Positions 1 through 8,699 of a stretch of 64,000 nucleotides of DNA are shown here, one piece after another; position 1 is the stretch's first letter, and every line of letters starts with the position of its first letter. The position numbers and the translations under genes were made by a program. Under the pieces are notes generated by a model. It searched no databases. It was not told the origin of the DNA and was given only the letters and a program-made list of their open reading frames with translations. The DNA is taken from positions 689,330-753,329 of the forward strand of contig JAJEEG010000006.1 in NCBI GenBank assembly GCA_022821085.1. Reading direction: 5' to 3'. The stretch is from Candidatus Latescibacterota bacterium. GTDB lineage: Bacteria > JAAXHH01.

Positions 1-519
1 CGGGTCGGGCAGGTGCTCCGTGGACAGGTAGGACGCGAAAAGCGATTCGTCGATGGCTTCCGGATCAAGCCGGCCGGCCTGGACGTCCAGGGCAATGCAT
101 TGCGCGGCTTCGACGATCTCCTGCCGACCGCCGTAATTCAGGGCGAAATTAAGCAGCAGGCGGTCGTTGCCCGCTGTCTGCTCCGTGATGTGCCTGATGA
201 CCTGACGGTTGGATTCCGGCAGCTCGTCCCACCGACCCAGGAAGGAGACCCGGATCCCGTGCGCGCTGGCTTCTTCGACGGCGCCGCGGAGCGATTCGAC
301 GATCAACTGCATGATGGCGGCGACTTCACGCCTGGGACGATTCCAGTTTTCGGTGGAGAACCCGAAGAAGGTGAGGATCCCCACGCCGAACTCACCGGCG
401 CACCGGATCATCTCGCGAACGGACTCCACCCCCGCGGAGTGACCCTGGTCCCGCGCGAGCCCCTGCTTCTTCGCCCACCTGCCGTTGCCGTCCATGATGA
501 ACGCGATGTGGCGGGGCAT
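1..519 (-). CDS. uppS: Undecaprenyl pyrophosphate synthase (UppS), 3' portion running off window; start at ATG 519 (alt GTG 579)
   Basis: Minus-strand translation from 519 gives MPRHIAFIMDGNGRWAKK..., the canonical UppS N-terminal motif. It lies downstream of frr as in the conserved rpsB-tsf-frr-uppS order. The ORF has no stop inside the window, so it is absent from the ORF track. Confidence 0.8.
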   Translation of the reverse strand, partial: MPRHIAFIMDGNGRWAKKQGLARDQGHSAGVESVREMIRCAGEFGVGILTFFGFSTENWNRPRREVAAIMQLIVESLRGAVEEASAHGIRVSFLGRWDELPESNRQVIRHITEQTAGNDRLLLNFALNYGGRQEIVEAAQCIALDVQAGRLDPEAIDESLFASYLSTEHLPDP

Positions 520-651
520 GCGCTCCGGATCGAGTCCTTCTTCCGAGACCGCACGGTCTTGCTCTGCGTATCGACCCACGTCACCTCCGTAAGGCCGCCG
601 TCGGTCATGGCCCCGGATGGCCGGTTAAGGACCCGGATGGCCGGATTCCGC

Positions 652-1212
652 CTAGATCTCCAGGATTTCCTGTTCTTTTACCGATAAGGCGCTGTCGATG
701 GAGGAGATATGCTGGTCGGTGAGATCCTGGATAGTCTTCTGGTGCCGCTTGCTTTCGTCTTCCGACATCCGGTGGGCCTTTTCTTCGGCCTTGATGCGCT
801 CGTTCATTTCCCGGCGTACGTTCCGGATGCCGATCTTCCCGTCCTCGCCCAGTTTCTTGATCAACTTGACGTATTCGAGCCTGCGCTCTTCGGTCAGCGC
901 GGGTACCGGCAGGTGGATGGCGTTGCCGTCGGAATTCGGCATAAGCCCCAGGTCGGAGGTCTGGATGGCGCGGATGATTTCGGGGACCATCTGCTTGTCC
1001 CACGGCTGTATCGAGATCGTGCGGGCGTCCGGCGTGTTGATGGTGGCGACCTGGTTGATGGGGGTCATGGTCCCGTAGGCTTCCACCTGAATGTTGTCCA
1101 ACAGAGCCGGATTGGCCCGGCCGGCCCGGACGCCGGCAAGTTCCATGCGCAGCACCTCGACGGACTGATCCATCTTTCGGCTGGTTTCCTTGATGATCTC
1201 TTTCGCTTCCAC
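652..1212 (-). CDS. frr: Ribosome recycling factor
   Basis: 186 aa product. Full-length similarity to RRF (MEAKEIIKETSRKMDQSVEVLRMELAGVRAGRANPALLDNIQVEAYG...). Conserved context with tsf and uppS. Confidence 0.92.
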   Translation of the reverse strand: MEAKEIIKETSRKMDQSVEVLRMELAGVRAGRANPALLDNIQVEAYGTMTPINQVATINTPDARTISIQPWDKQMVPEIIRAIQTSDLGLMPNSDGNAIHLPVPALTEERRLEYVKLIKKLGEDGKIGIRNVRREMNERIKAEEKAHRMSEDESKRHQKTIQDLTDQHISSIDSALSVKEQEILEI

Positions 1213-1273
1213 GATACACCTCTCTGGCGTCGGAAAACCGGTTACGTTCCTGCCGGCAAGGTTGTTCGGCGGG

Positions 1274-1870
1274 TTACTCCCCGCCCAGTTCGTACCGGAC
1301 GAACCGCCGTACCATGATGTTCTCGCCCAGCGTGGCCACCGCCTCGGTGATCAGATCCCGCACCGTCTTGTCGGTATCCCGTATGAACGGCTGTTCCAGG
1401 AGGCAGTTTTCCTGGTTGAATTTCTCGATTTTACCCTGGACGATCCGGTCGATGATATGATCCGGCTTGCCCTCGTTCCGCGCCTGGTTCCGGTAGATCT
1501 CCCGTTCCTGTTCCAGGACGGCTTCTTCGATCTGGTCCCGGTCCACGGCGAGGGGCCGGGTAGCCGCCACCTGCATGGCGATATCGCGGGCCAGGGTCTG
1601 GAAGGACTCGTTCCGCGCGACGAAATCGGTCTCGCAATTGATCTCGACCATGGTGGCGATGCGGCTGCCGGGATGGATGTAGGTATGGATGATGCCTTCT
1701 TTCGCCTCCCGGGCGCTCTTCTTGGACGCCGCCATGATGCCTTTCTCGCGCAGGAGCGTGACCGCCTTTTCGATACTGCCTTCGGTCTCTTGGAGGGCCC
1801 GCTTGCAGTCCATCATCCCGGCGCCGGTCTGGCTTCTCAACGTCTTTACGTCACTGGCTGATATAGTCAT
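1274..1870 (-). CDS. tsf: Elongation factor Ts (short ~200 aa form)
   Basis: 198 aa product. The N-terminal UBA-like motif (TLRSQTGAGMMDCKRALQETEG) and the EF-Ts dimerisation core are present. The gene lies immediately downstream of rpsB. Confidence 0.9.
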   Translation of the reverse strand: MTISASDVKTLRSQTGAGMMDCKRALQETEGSIEKAVTLLREKGIMAASKKSAREAKEGIIHTYIHPGSRIATMVEINCETDFVARNESFQTLARDIAMQVAATRPLAVDRDQIEEAVLEQEREIYRNQARNEGKPDHIIDRIVQGKIEKFNQENCLLEQPFIRDTDKTVRDLITEAVATLGENIMVRRFVRYELGGE

Positions 1871-1957
1871 GAAATCGTATGAATCTAGCGGACACGATCG
1901 GAAACGATCGGATCCGATCTTCCGCTACGGCCGCCTTTCCCCGGCCACGTATCTGCT

Positions 1958-2701
1958 TCAGGCCTGCTGCTCTTCGACCTCTTCGACCGGTGCCTCGTCC
2001 CCGGGTACGGCCCGCCCGGAATTGCGCAGCCCTTCCTCCGCGGCGCTCGCGACGACTTCCGTGATGAGGCCGATGGACCGGAGCGCGTCGTCGTTCCCGG
2101 GAATGGGATAGTCGATCAGGTCGGGGTCGCAGTTCGTATCCAGGATGCTGACGATGGGGATCTCCAGGGTGTTCGCCTCCGCGACGGCGATCCGTTCCTT
2201 GCGGGCGTCCACCACGAAAATGACGCCGGGCAGGTCGCGCATTTCGCGGATGCCGCCCAGTACTTTCTGCAGGCGCTCCCGCTCCTTCTCCAGGCTCGCG
2301 GCCTCTTTTTTCGTGAGCGCTTCCATGGTGCCGTGCTCTTTCATTTTCTCGAGTTCTTCCAGGCGCTTGACGCTGGTCTGGATGGTCTGGAAGTTCGTCA
2401 ACATGCCGCCGAGCCAGCGTTCCGCGACATAGAACATGCCGCACCGCTGCGCCATCTCGATGATGACGGGCCTGGCCTGCTTCTTCGTGCCCACGAAGAG
2501 GACGGACTGCCCGTTTTCGACAGCCTTGCGCACGGCGTCATACGCGATTTCGATCTGGCTGAGCGTCTTCTTCAGGTCGATGATGTAGATGTTGTTGCGC
2601 TCGGCGAATATGAACTCCTTCATCTTCGGGTTCCAGCGTCGGGTCTGGTGACCGAAGTGAACGCCCGCATCCAGCAGGTCCTGAATAGTCGGAATCCCCA
2701 T
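1958..2701 (-). CDS. rpsB: 30S ribosomal protein S2
   Basis: 247 aa product. Begins [27 protein letters not shown]..., the S2 signature. rpsB-tsf operon order. Confidence 0.95.
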   Translation of the reverse strand: MGIPTIQDLLDAGVHFGHQTRRWNPKMKEFIFAERNNIYIIDLKKTLSQIEIAYDAVRKAVENGQSVLFVGTKKQARPVIIEMAQRCGMFYVAERWLGGMLTNFQTIQTSVKRLEELEKMKEHGTMEALTKKEAASLEKERERLQKVLGGIREMRDLPGVIFVVDARKERIAVAEANTLEIPIVSILDTNCDPDLIDYPIPGNDDALRSIGLITEVVASAAEEGLRNSGRAVPGDEAPVEEVEEQQA

Positions 2702-2754
2702 AGGCGGTACTGATCTCCTTGTCTGGCAGGCGGTCAGGCCTGCGTCCCTTTGAA

Positions 2755-3159
2755 TTAACGCTTAGAGAACTGGAACCGCTTGCGTGCGCCGGCCAGTCCG
2801 TATTTCTTGCGTTCCTTGATGCGTGAATCCCGCGTCAGCATGCCCGCTTCGCGCAGCGGTGCGTGCAGGCTTTCATCCATGTCCTTCAGCGCCCGCGCGA
2901 TACCGAGTCTCAACGCCCCGGCCTGGCCGGTCTTGCCGCCGCCGAAGGTCCGTGCGAACACGACCACCTGGTCGTTCATTTCCGTTAGTACCAGGGGTTC
3001 CTCGATCGCGGCGACGAGTCCTGGCCGGTCGAAGTAGTCGAGCAGCGGCTTGTCGTTGACCTGGTGACTGGCGCCGTCCTTCTTCGCGCGAAGCCATACC
3101 TTGGCGATGGCCCGCTTCCTCCGGCCCACCGCGTGGTGTCCATGGGTATCCGAATTCAT
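2755..3159 (-). CDS. rpsI: 30S ribosomal protein S9
   Basis: 134 aa product. The C-terminal [10 protein letters not shown]...[25 protein letters not shown] motif is typical of S9. Lies downstream of rplM. Confidence 0.93.
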   Translation of the reverse strand: MNSDTHGHHAVGRRKRAIAKVWLRAKKDGASHQVNDKPLLDYFDRPGLVAAIEEPLVLTEMNDQVVVFARTFGGGKTGQAGALRLGIARALKDMDESLHAPLREAGMLTRDSRIKERKKYGLAGARKRFQFSKR

Positions 3160-3177
3160 GCTACGTTACGCTCCTTT

Positions 3178-3606
3178 TTAAAGTTCCAGCGCGACGGGTT
3201 TCTGGGCGCTGTGGGGGTGTTCCGCGCCGGCGTACACGCGGAGTTTGCGAAAGATCTTTCGGCCGAGGGCGTTGTGCGGCAGCATGCCCTTGATGGCCAT
3301 GCGCAACACGCGCTCCGGGTGGCGGGCGGCCATGCGTTCGTAGCTGATGGCTTTCAGGCCGCCGGGATAGCCGCTGTGGCGGTAGTAGATCTTGTTCTGG
3401 GGTTTCTTGCCGGTCAGAACCACCTTTTCCGCGTTGATGACGATGACGTGGTCGCCGGTATCGAGGTGGGGCGAAAAGATCGGCTTGTGCTTGCCGCGCA
3501 GGATCTTGGCCACTTCGCTGGCCAGCCTGCCCAGCACCTTGCCGTCGGCGTCCACGACGTGCCAGTCCCGCTGCAGGTCCTCCATTTTAACCGTTGGTGT
3601 CTTCAT
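3178..3606 (-). CDS. rplM: 50S ribosomal protein L13
   Basis: 142 aa product. L13 family ([28 protein letters not shown]...). rplM-rpsI operon. Confidence 0.93.
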   Translation of the reverse strand: MKTPTVKMEDLQRDWHVVDADGKVLGRLASEVAKILRGKHKPIFSPHLDTGDHVIVINAEKVVLTGKKPQNKIYYRHSGYPGGLKAISYERMAARHPERVLRMAIKGMLPHNALGRKIFRKLRVYAGAEHPHSAQKPVALEL

Positions 3607-3631
3607 AGATGGTACACGCTCCTTTATCCGG

Positions 3632-4702
3632 TTATCCGGTGACGGCCGGTTCCCATTCCTGTTGTGACAACGCGGCCAGGCTTTCGGCGTAGGGCTGCCT
3701 GGCTACGCCGCGTTCGGTGATGATCGCAGAAACGTAACGGGCCGGGGTTACGTCGAATGCGGGATTGTACACTTCCACTTCCTCGGGGGCGGTGCGTCCG
3801 CCCGGTCCCTGGCTTACTTCGGCGGCTTCGCGTTCTTCGATCGGGATCCCGGCGCCCGATTCGATGGACAGGTCGATCGAAGAGTAAGGCGCCGCCACGT
3901 ACAGGGGCACGTCGTGCGCGTCGGCCAGCACGGCCACGCCGTAGGTGCCGATCTTGTTGGCGACGTCTCCGTTGGCGGCCACGCGGTCCGCGCCCACGAT
4001 CACGCAGTCGATCCGGCCGTCTTTCATGACCTGGGCAGCCATGCTGTCGCAGATGAGCGTCACGCCTATGCCCGCCCGGGTCAGTTCCCAGGAAGTCAGC
4101 CGGGCGCCCTGGAGGACGGGCCTCGTCTCATCGGCGTACACGTGGACCCGCTTGCCTTCGTTGTGCGCCTGGTACACCACGGCGAGGGCCGTGCCCGCGC
4201 CGGCCGTGGCGAGCGCGCCGGCGTTACAGTGCGTGAGCACCGTCTGTCCGGACCGAAGCAATGCGGCGCCGTGCTCACCGATCAGGCGGCACGTGTGCTC
4301 GTCTTCAGACTGGATGGCCAGGGCTTCGCTGAGCAAGGCGCGCTTGATGTCCTCCACCGTATTACTCCCGTGTTCGCGAACGGTCCGGCGCATCCGCTCC
4401 AGCGCCCAGAAAAGGTTGACCGCCGTGGGCCGGGTGGCCGCCAGCAGATCGGCGGCTTCGTCGACTTCCCGGCTGAAGGAGGCGAAGTCGGCAGCGCGGC
4501 TGTGCTGGACCCCGACGACGACTCCGTATGCCGCGGCGACGCCGATGGCCGGCGCACCGCGTACTTTCAGGTGCCGGATGGCCTCCGCAACGGACGCGAT
4601 GTCACCGCACCTGGCGTAGGCCACTTCGCCGGGCAGGCGCGTCTGATCCAACAATACCAGCACGTTCTCGTCGCGGTCCCACCGGATGGTCGTGAAATTC
4701 AT
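3632..4702 (-). CDS. mtnA: S-methyl-5-thioribose-1-phosphate isomerase / eIF-2B-like (MtnA/e2b2 family) isomerase
   Basis: The tracked 528 aa ORF carries a 172-residue low-complexity N-extension that overlaps the upstream kinase gene. The real start is the ATG at 4702 ([27 protein letters not shown]...), giving about 357 aa. The product shows MtnA/eIF2B-alpha/beta/delta family features. Its start overlaps the upstream stop in an ATGA arrangement. Confidence 0.8.
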   Translation of the reverse strand: MNFTTIRWDRDENVLVLLDQTRLPGEVAYARCGDIASVAEAIRHLKVRGAPAIGVAAAYGVVVGVQHSRAADFASFSREVDEAADLLAATRPTAVNLFWALERMRRTVREHGSNTVEDIKRALLSEALAIQSEDEHTCRLIGEHGAALLRSGQTVLTHCNAGALATAGAGTALAVVYQAHNEGKRVHVYADETRPVLQGARLTSWELTRAGIGVTLICDSMAAQVMKDGRIDCVIVGADRVAANGDVANKIGTYGVAVLADAHDVPLYVAAPYSSIDLSIESGAGIPIEEREAAEVSQGPGGRTAPEEVEVYNPAFDVTPARYVSAIITERGVARQPYAESLAALSQQEWEPAVTG

Positions 4703-5697
4703 GGTGTAATCATCTCCATGAACCGGTCGTGGCGGTCCGTAATTTCGGCTTCGGTAAGCGATTCGAGCCGCCTGACGCTGAAATCCTCCACATTGAACGA
4801 GGCCATGACGCTGCCGTGCACCATGGCGCGTTTCAGCGCGCCTACGCCCGTCTCGCCAGACCGGGCGAGGTAACCCATGAATCCGCCCGCGAAGGTATCC
4901 CCCGCGCCCGTCGGATCCACCACGTCGGCCACGGGGTATGAAGGGATGCCGAACCAGGCGTCGCGCGTACAGAGCGTCGCACCGTGCGCACCTCTCTTGA
5001 CCACCACCGCCCGCGGGCCGAGCTCCAGGATGCGTTCCGCCGCCCGCACGAGGTTGTGGCCATCCACCAGTTGCAGGGCCTCGCTGTCGTTGATGATCAG
5101 CACGTCCACCCCGCTCAGCGTCGACAGCAGGGACGTCCTTTGCCCCTCGATCCAGAAGTCCATGGTGTCGCAGGCGACGACGCCGGGACGTCCCGAACGG
5201 TCTGGACGGTCCGGACAATAGGCCTGGGTCAGCACGTCGCGCTGCACATCCGGATCAAGATTCGCCAGGAACACGTGATCGTGCGTGCGGTGCCGCTCCG
5301 CCAGTACGGGCTTGAAACCGGAAAACACATTCAACTGCGTGTCGATCGTGCGGCGGTCGTTCATGTTGGCGGCGTATTCGCCCGCCCAGCGAAAGGTCTT
5401 CCCTTCCTTCACCTCCAGGCCCGAAACGTCGACCTGTCTTTCCCGCAGGAAATCCAGGGACGCCAGGGGGAAATCGTTCCCCACTACGGCAATGACGTCT
5501 ACCGGCGCGTAGAAACTGGCGGCGGCCGAAAAATACGTCGCCGAGCCTCCGATCGCGTCGTTTGCCTCTCCTTCCGGCGTCTTCACCGAATCAAAAGCCA
5601 CCGTTCCGACGACGAGAATGCCCAATCTATGCCTCGTGTTCCAGTGCGTCCACCCTGGCCCCGGGGACGCCCGCGTCGGACGTGCGGATGATTTCAC
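4699..5697 (-). CDS. PfkB-family carbohydrate kinase (ribokinase-like). Start uncertain: ATG 5697 overlaps rsfS by 70 nt, and an alternative TTG at 5625 lies directly after the rsfS stop
   Basis: PfkB signatures are present: an N-terminal ILVVGTVAFD..., a C-terminal DTFAGGFMGY anion-hole motif, and DPTGAGD. The stop TGA overlaps the mtnA ATG (ATGA), indicating translational coupling. Confidence 0.75.
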   Translation of the reverse strand: MKSSARPTRASPGPGWTHWNTRHRLGILVVGTVAFDSVKTPEGEANDAIGGSATYFSAAASFYAPVDVIAVVGNDFPLASLDFLRERQVDVSGLEVKEGKTFRWAGEYAANMNDRRTIDTQLNVFSGFKPVLAERHRTHDHVFLANLDPDVQRDVLTQAYCPDRPDRSGRPGVVACDTMDFWIEGQRTSLLSTLSGVDVLIINDSEALQLVDGHNLVRAAERILELGPRAVVVKRGAHGATLCTRDAWFGIPSYPVADVVDPTGAGDTFAGGFMGYLARSGETGVGALKRAMVHGSVMASFNVEDFSVRRLESLTEAEITDRHDRFMEMITP

Positions 5698-6058
5698 CCG
5701 TTGCCGCGTCGGTCGAAACGACGACCCGGGGCGCGTCTCCCCAGAGCCGCTCGAGTCCGTAGAAAGCGCGGACTTCCGCTCTGAATACGTGTACGACCAC
5801 GTCCACGTAGTCGAGCAGTACCCACCGCCAGCTTTGTTTGCCCTCAGTGTGCCAGGGCGTCGTTTCCCGTTCCTTGAGATCCGACGCCACCTGCTCGACG
5901 ACCGCCTTGATCTGCGGTTCGGAACCCGCCGTCCCGATGACGAAATAGTCCGTGATGGACGAGAGGCCCCTGAGGTCGATGATCATCACGTCCGCCGCAT
6001 TCTTGGCCAGCATGGAATGGGTCGCCTGCTCCGCGATTTCCTGTGATGCCAACGCCAC
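5627..6058 (-). CDS. rsfS: Ribosome silencing factor RsfS (Iojap family)
   Basis: 143 aa product. RsfS core (ITDYFVIGTAGSEPQIKAVVEQV...WVLLDYVDVVVHVF). Confidence 0.8.
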   Translation of the reverse strand: MALASQEIAEQATHSMLAKNAADVMIIDLRGLSSITDYFVIGTAGSEPQIKAVVEQVASDLKERETTPWHTEGKQSWRWVLLDYVDVVVHVFRAEVRAFYGLERLWGDAPRVVVSTDAATGEIIRTSDAGVPGARVDALEHEA

Positions 6059-6060
6059 GA

Positions 6061-6594
6061 TCAGTCGTTCTCCACGGAAAAGAGCAGTTCGCCGTAATCC
6101 TTGCCGATCACCACCGATACGTCCACCAGACGGTCATCGTTCCGCTGGAGCAGGACGTATTGCGTACCCAGCGCGTTTCCGACCGCGCGGGCGGCTTCGG
6201 ACGGCCCGTCCGTTCCCCGGCGGTCCAGCACGACCGTTTCCCGGTACTCGAAATGGTCGGCGTTGTCGATATTGACCACGTCGAATCCCCGTTCCCGGAG
6301 GAATCGCATGGCCCGTTGTCCAATCCCCCGTTCACCGCATCCATTCAGGACTTCCACCTGGATATGGAAGGCCGAGGGGTCGACGATCGCCCCGACAGAC
6401 CGTTCGGAGGACGTTGAGAATGCGGACGAGGTCGCCACCGAGTACACCAGGTAGGCATTCAGCCCGAGCAGGATGACGATCACGCCTTCGAGCACCCGAA
6501 CGCGCCAGCGTCCGCCTGACCGGTGTCCTTCCGCAACGGCGTCCGGGCGGTTTGCGGGGGGTTGGATGACCTGTCTCGTCATGGCGGATCCCAC
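6061..6594 (-). CDS. LytR_C (cell-envelope-related attenuator C-terminal) domain membrane protein
   Basis: 177 aa product. One N-terminal TM segment (VIVILLGLNAYLVYSVA) followed by a LytR_C-like domain (VEVLNGCGERGIGQRAMRFLRERGFDVVNIDNAD...). Confidence 0.6.
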   Translation of the reverse strand: MGSAMTRQVIQPPANRPDAVAEGHRSGGRWRVRVLEGVIVILLGLNAYLVYSVATSSAFSTSSERSVGAIVDPSAFHIQVEVLNGCGERGIGQRAMRFLRERGFDVVNIDNADHFEYRETVVLDRRGTDGPSEAARAVGNALGTQYVLLQRNDDRLVDVSVVIGKDYGELLFSVEND

Positions 6595-6844
6595 GCGGAA
6601 CGTGTCCGCGGAACGGCCTGCAACGGGACCTTGCGACCATTGATATCTGCTTGCCAGAGATAACCGGAGAGCTAACTAGGGGAATACACCAGGAAGGGAA
6701 ACATAGGTAGGGTACCAACAGTGCTTCATCGACCAGTTCCTTTCACCATGCGATCCCCCTTTGTACCCCGGTCTCGACACAGTTCCGCCGTCAAATCGAA
6801 CGCTGGTTCGACAGGCGGAATCCGATTCGCTTTCCAGACCACTA

Positions 6845-6874
6845 TATATACAGAGAGGGAGGGTGTGGTGTCAA
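6845..6874 (-). promoter_or_regulatory. Sigma-70-like promoter (TTGACA-18-TATATA) reading leftward toward the LytR_C gene
   Basis: The minus strand reads TTGACACCACACCCTCCCTCTCTGTATATATAG immediately after the stop of the upstream gene. It sits about 250 nt upstream of the 6594 start codon. Confidence 0.4.
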
Positions 6875-6881
6875 CTGTTTT

Positions 6882-7679
6882 TTAGCTGTCGCCAGGCCGC
6901 GCGCGGTCCCGTTCCAGCAGCCACGATTCGGCCGCCGACAGTTGCTCCGGGGTGTTTATCCCCATGGTTTCTTCCGGCGTCCCGGCCGGTGCGTCTGCGA
7001 TGCGGTGACCTTCCTGCCGGAGGATCTCGATGGTGTCCGTCAGGTAGTATTCGCCCTGCCTGTTCTCCGGGGTCAGCCGGTCCAGGGCGCGTAGCAGCAG
7101 GACCGGGTCGAAACAATAGGTGCTGGTGTTGATCTCCTTGAGCGCCCGCTGTTCTTCCGTGGCGTCCTTCTCTTCGACGATCCGGTCGATTCGGCCCGCG
7201 CCGTCGCGCAGGATGCGCCCCAGTCCAGTGGGGTCGTCAACGCCGGCGGTGAGTACCGAGGCCGCGGCGCTTTCCCGGCGGTGCGCGTGGATGAGCGTTT
7301 CCAGGGTGGAAGGACGAATCAGGGGCGTGTCTCCGGCGAGGACGAGGACGACGCCGCTTTCACCGGCCAGCATCGGTTCGGCCTGGCGCACCGCGTGGCC
7401 GGTGCCCAGTTGTTCTTCCTGGACGGCGAATTCCACGGTCAGCCTGGACGGTCCGGGCAGCCCGGGCAGCCCGGCCAGTTCACGCCGCACCGTGCCGGCC
7501 TGGTGACCGACGATGACGATGATCCGCCGCGGCCGGAGCGCATGCGCCGTATCCAGCACGTAGTGTATCATCGGCCGTCCGTTTATGCGGTGCAGCACCT
7601 TCGCCAGGTCGGAATGCATCCTGGTGCCTTTTCCCGCGGCCAGGACCAGCGTGATCAGATCGCCGTTGGTTTCTTCCAT
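6882..7679 (-). CDS. Sugar-1-phosphate nucleotidyltransferase, GlmU N-terminal-domain-like, without an acetyltransferase LbH domain
   Basis: 265 aa product. Carries LVLAAGKGTRM (the G-x-G-T-R pyrophosphorylase motif), LGTGHAV and EYYLTD, as in the GlmU uridyltransferase domain. No left-handed beta-helix follows before the stop. Contains a GLPGLPGPS insertion encoded by a CCCGGGCAG repeat. Confidence 0.65.
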   Translation of the reverse strand: MEETNGDLITLVLAAGKGTRMHSDLAKVLHRINGRPMIHYVLDTAHALRPRRIIVIVGHQAGTVRRELAGLPGLPGPSRLTVEFAVQEEQLGTGHAVRQAEPMLAGESGVVLVLAGDTPLIRPSTLETLIHAHRRESAAASVLTAGVDDPTGLGRILRDGAGRIDRIVEEKDATEEQRALKEINTSTYCFDPVLLLRALDRLTPENRQGEYYLTDTIEILRQEGHRIADAPAGTPEETMGINTPEQLSAAESWLLERDRARPGDS

Positions 7680-7690
7680 CGGGGCTCCGG

Positions 7691-8185
7691 TTACGGTGCG
7701 GCGAGATAGCGGACGAGATGGTCCACGGGTTGCAGGTCATCCAGCAGGTCGGAAACGGTCCGCCCGAGCACCGGATGGACCCGGTCCGGGTGGATTTCCG
7801 TCAAGGGAACGAGCACGAAGGCCCGTTTCGCCATGGCGGGGTGGGGCAGGTCGAGACCTGGCTGTCCGAGTACCAGGTCGTCGTAGAGCAACAGGTCGAG
7901 ATCGATTTCGCGGGGCCCCTTTTGCCACGTGACGGAACGTCCCATTCGCGCTTCGACGTCCTTGAGCGTTTCGAGCATTCGCACGGGCGCAAGCGAGGTC
8001 TCCACAAGAGCCGCGCCGTTGACGAAATCGGGCTGGCCGGCGTGGCCTACCGGCCGCGTCTCGTACCATGACGAGTGCCTGACGATTCGGATCGCTTCAT
8101 GTCCGGCCAGCTCGCATAGCGCCTGCCGGCATCTTGCGACACGATCACCGATGTTGCTGCCCAGGCCCAGCGCAACAGACGCCAT
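7691..8185 (-). CDS. folK: 2-amino-4-hydroxy-6-hydroxymethyldihydropteridine pyrophosphokinase (HPPK)
   Basis: 164 aa product. HPPK motifs are present (LGLGSNIGDR..., WYETRPVG, REIDLDLLLYDD). AAGGAG RBS 5 nt upstream. Confidence 0.9.
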   Translation of the reverse strand: MASVALGLGSNIGDRVARCRQALCELAGHEAIRIVRHSSWYETRPVGHAGQPDFVNGAALVETSLAPVRMLETLKDVEARMGRSVTWQKGPREIDLDLLLYDDLVLGQPGLDLPHPAMAKRAFVLVPLTEIHPDRVHPVLGRTVSDLLDDLQPVDHLVRYLAAP

Positions 8186-8200
8186 TTCGCTCCTTGCAGC

Positions 8201-8296
8201 CCGCTTGGTCCGCCTGGCCCGCCTGGCCCGCCTGGTCCGCCTGGTCCGTTTGGTTCGGCTGGTTCGGCTGGTTCGGCTGGTCCGGTCACCGTCCGG
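8201..8296. repeat. Tandem 9-bp microsatellite (CCGCCTGGY x about 5, then TCGGCTGGT x 3, then CCGGTCACC-like units) filling the folB-folK spacer
   Basis: Direct reading. About 10 consecutive 9-mers. The whole 111-nt spacer (8186-8296) is in frame with both folB and folK and contains no stop. Confidence 0.9.
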
Positions 8297-8686
8297 TCAC
8301 GGCCCGGTACGTCCCGCCTCCCTGCTTCGATGCACGGTGACCCCGGGAGTTCCGGAATGCGGCAGGTCCGCGGCCACACCGGGCTTCCACAATCTGACCA
8401 CGACCTGGTCCACAGGGGGGTAGGCGGTAAGCAATTCGTCCGCAACCCGGCCGGCGACCGCCTCCAGCAGACGGCACGGATCGCCGCCGAGGATGCGCCC
8501 CACGCGACGGCAGACGTCCGCGTAATCCACGGTGTCGGTCAGGCGGTCCGTCCGAGACGCCTCCGACAGGTCCAGGCGCAGTGCGACGTGGGCTTCGAAG
8601 ACCTGCCCCCGTGTCCGTTCCCGGGCCGTCGCGCCATGATGGCCGAATGTGCGGATACCCCGTACGCTGATCCAGTCTCCGGACAT
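8297..8686 (-). CDS. folB: Dihydroneopterin aldolase
   Basis: 129 aa product. FolB family (ISVRGIRTFGHHGATARERTRGQVFEAHVAL...). Upstream partner of folK. Confidence 0.88.
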   Translation of the reverse strand: MSGDWISVRGIRTFGHHGATARERTRGQVFEAHVALRLDLSEASRTDRLTDTVDYADVCRRVGRILGGDPCRLLEAVAGRVADELLTAYPPVDQVVVRLWKPGVAADLPHSGTPGVTVHRSREAGRTGP

Positions 8687-8699
8687 GGGGCGGATCCGT

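Noticed and set aside
605-1219. 204-aa minus-strand ORF overlapping frr
   Set aside because: It is an alternate frame of the frr locus with an Arg/Gly/Pro-rich composition. frr itself (652-1212) is strongly supported.
3632-5218. 528-aa version of the MtnA-like ORF
   Set aside because: The first 172 residues are low-complexity (RRRR/GGG-rich) and overlap the PfkB kinase gene in another frame. The conserved MtnA N-terminus begins at ATG 4702.
8201-8296. Possible CRISPR array (regular short repeats)
   Set aside because: The units are contiguous 9-mers with no spacers, so this is a microsatellite and not repeat-spacer architecture. No cas genes are present in the window.
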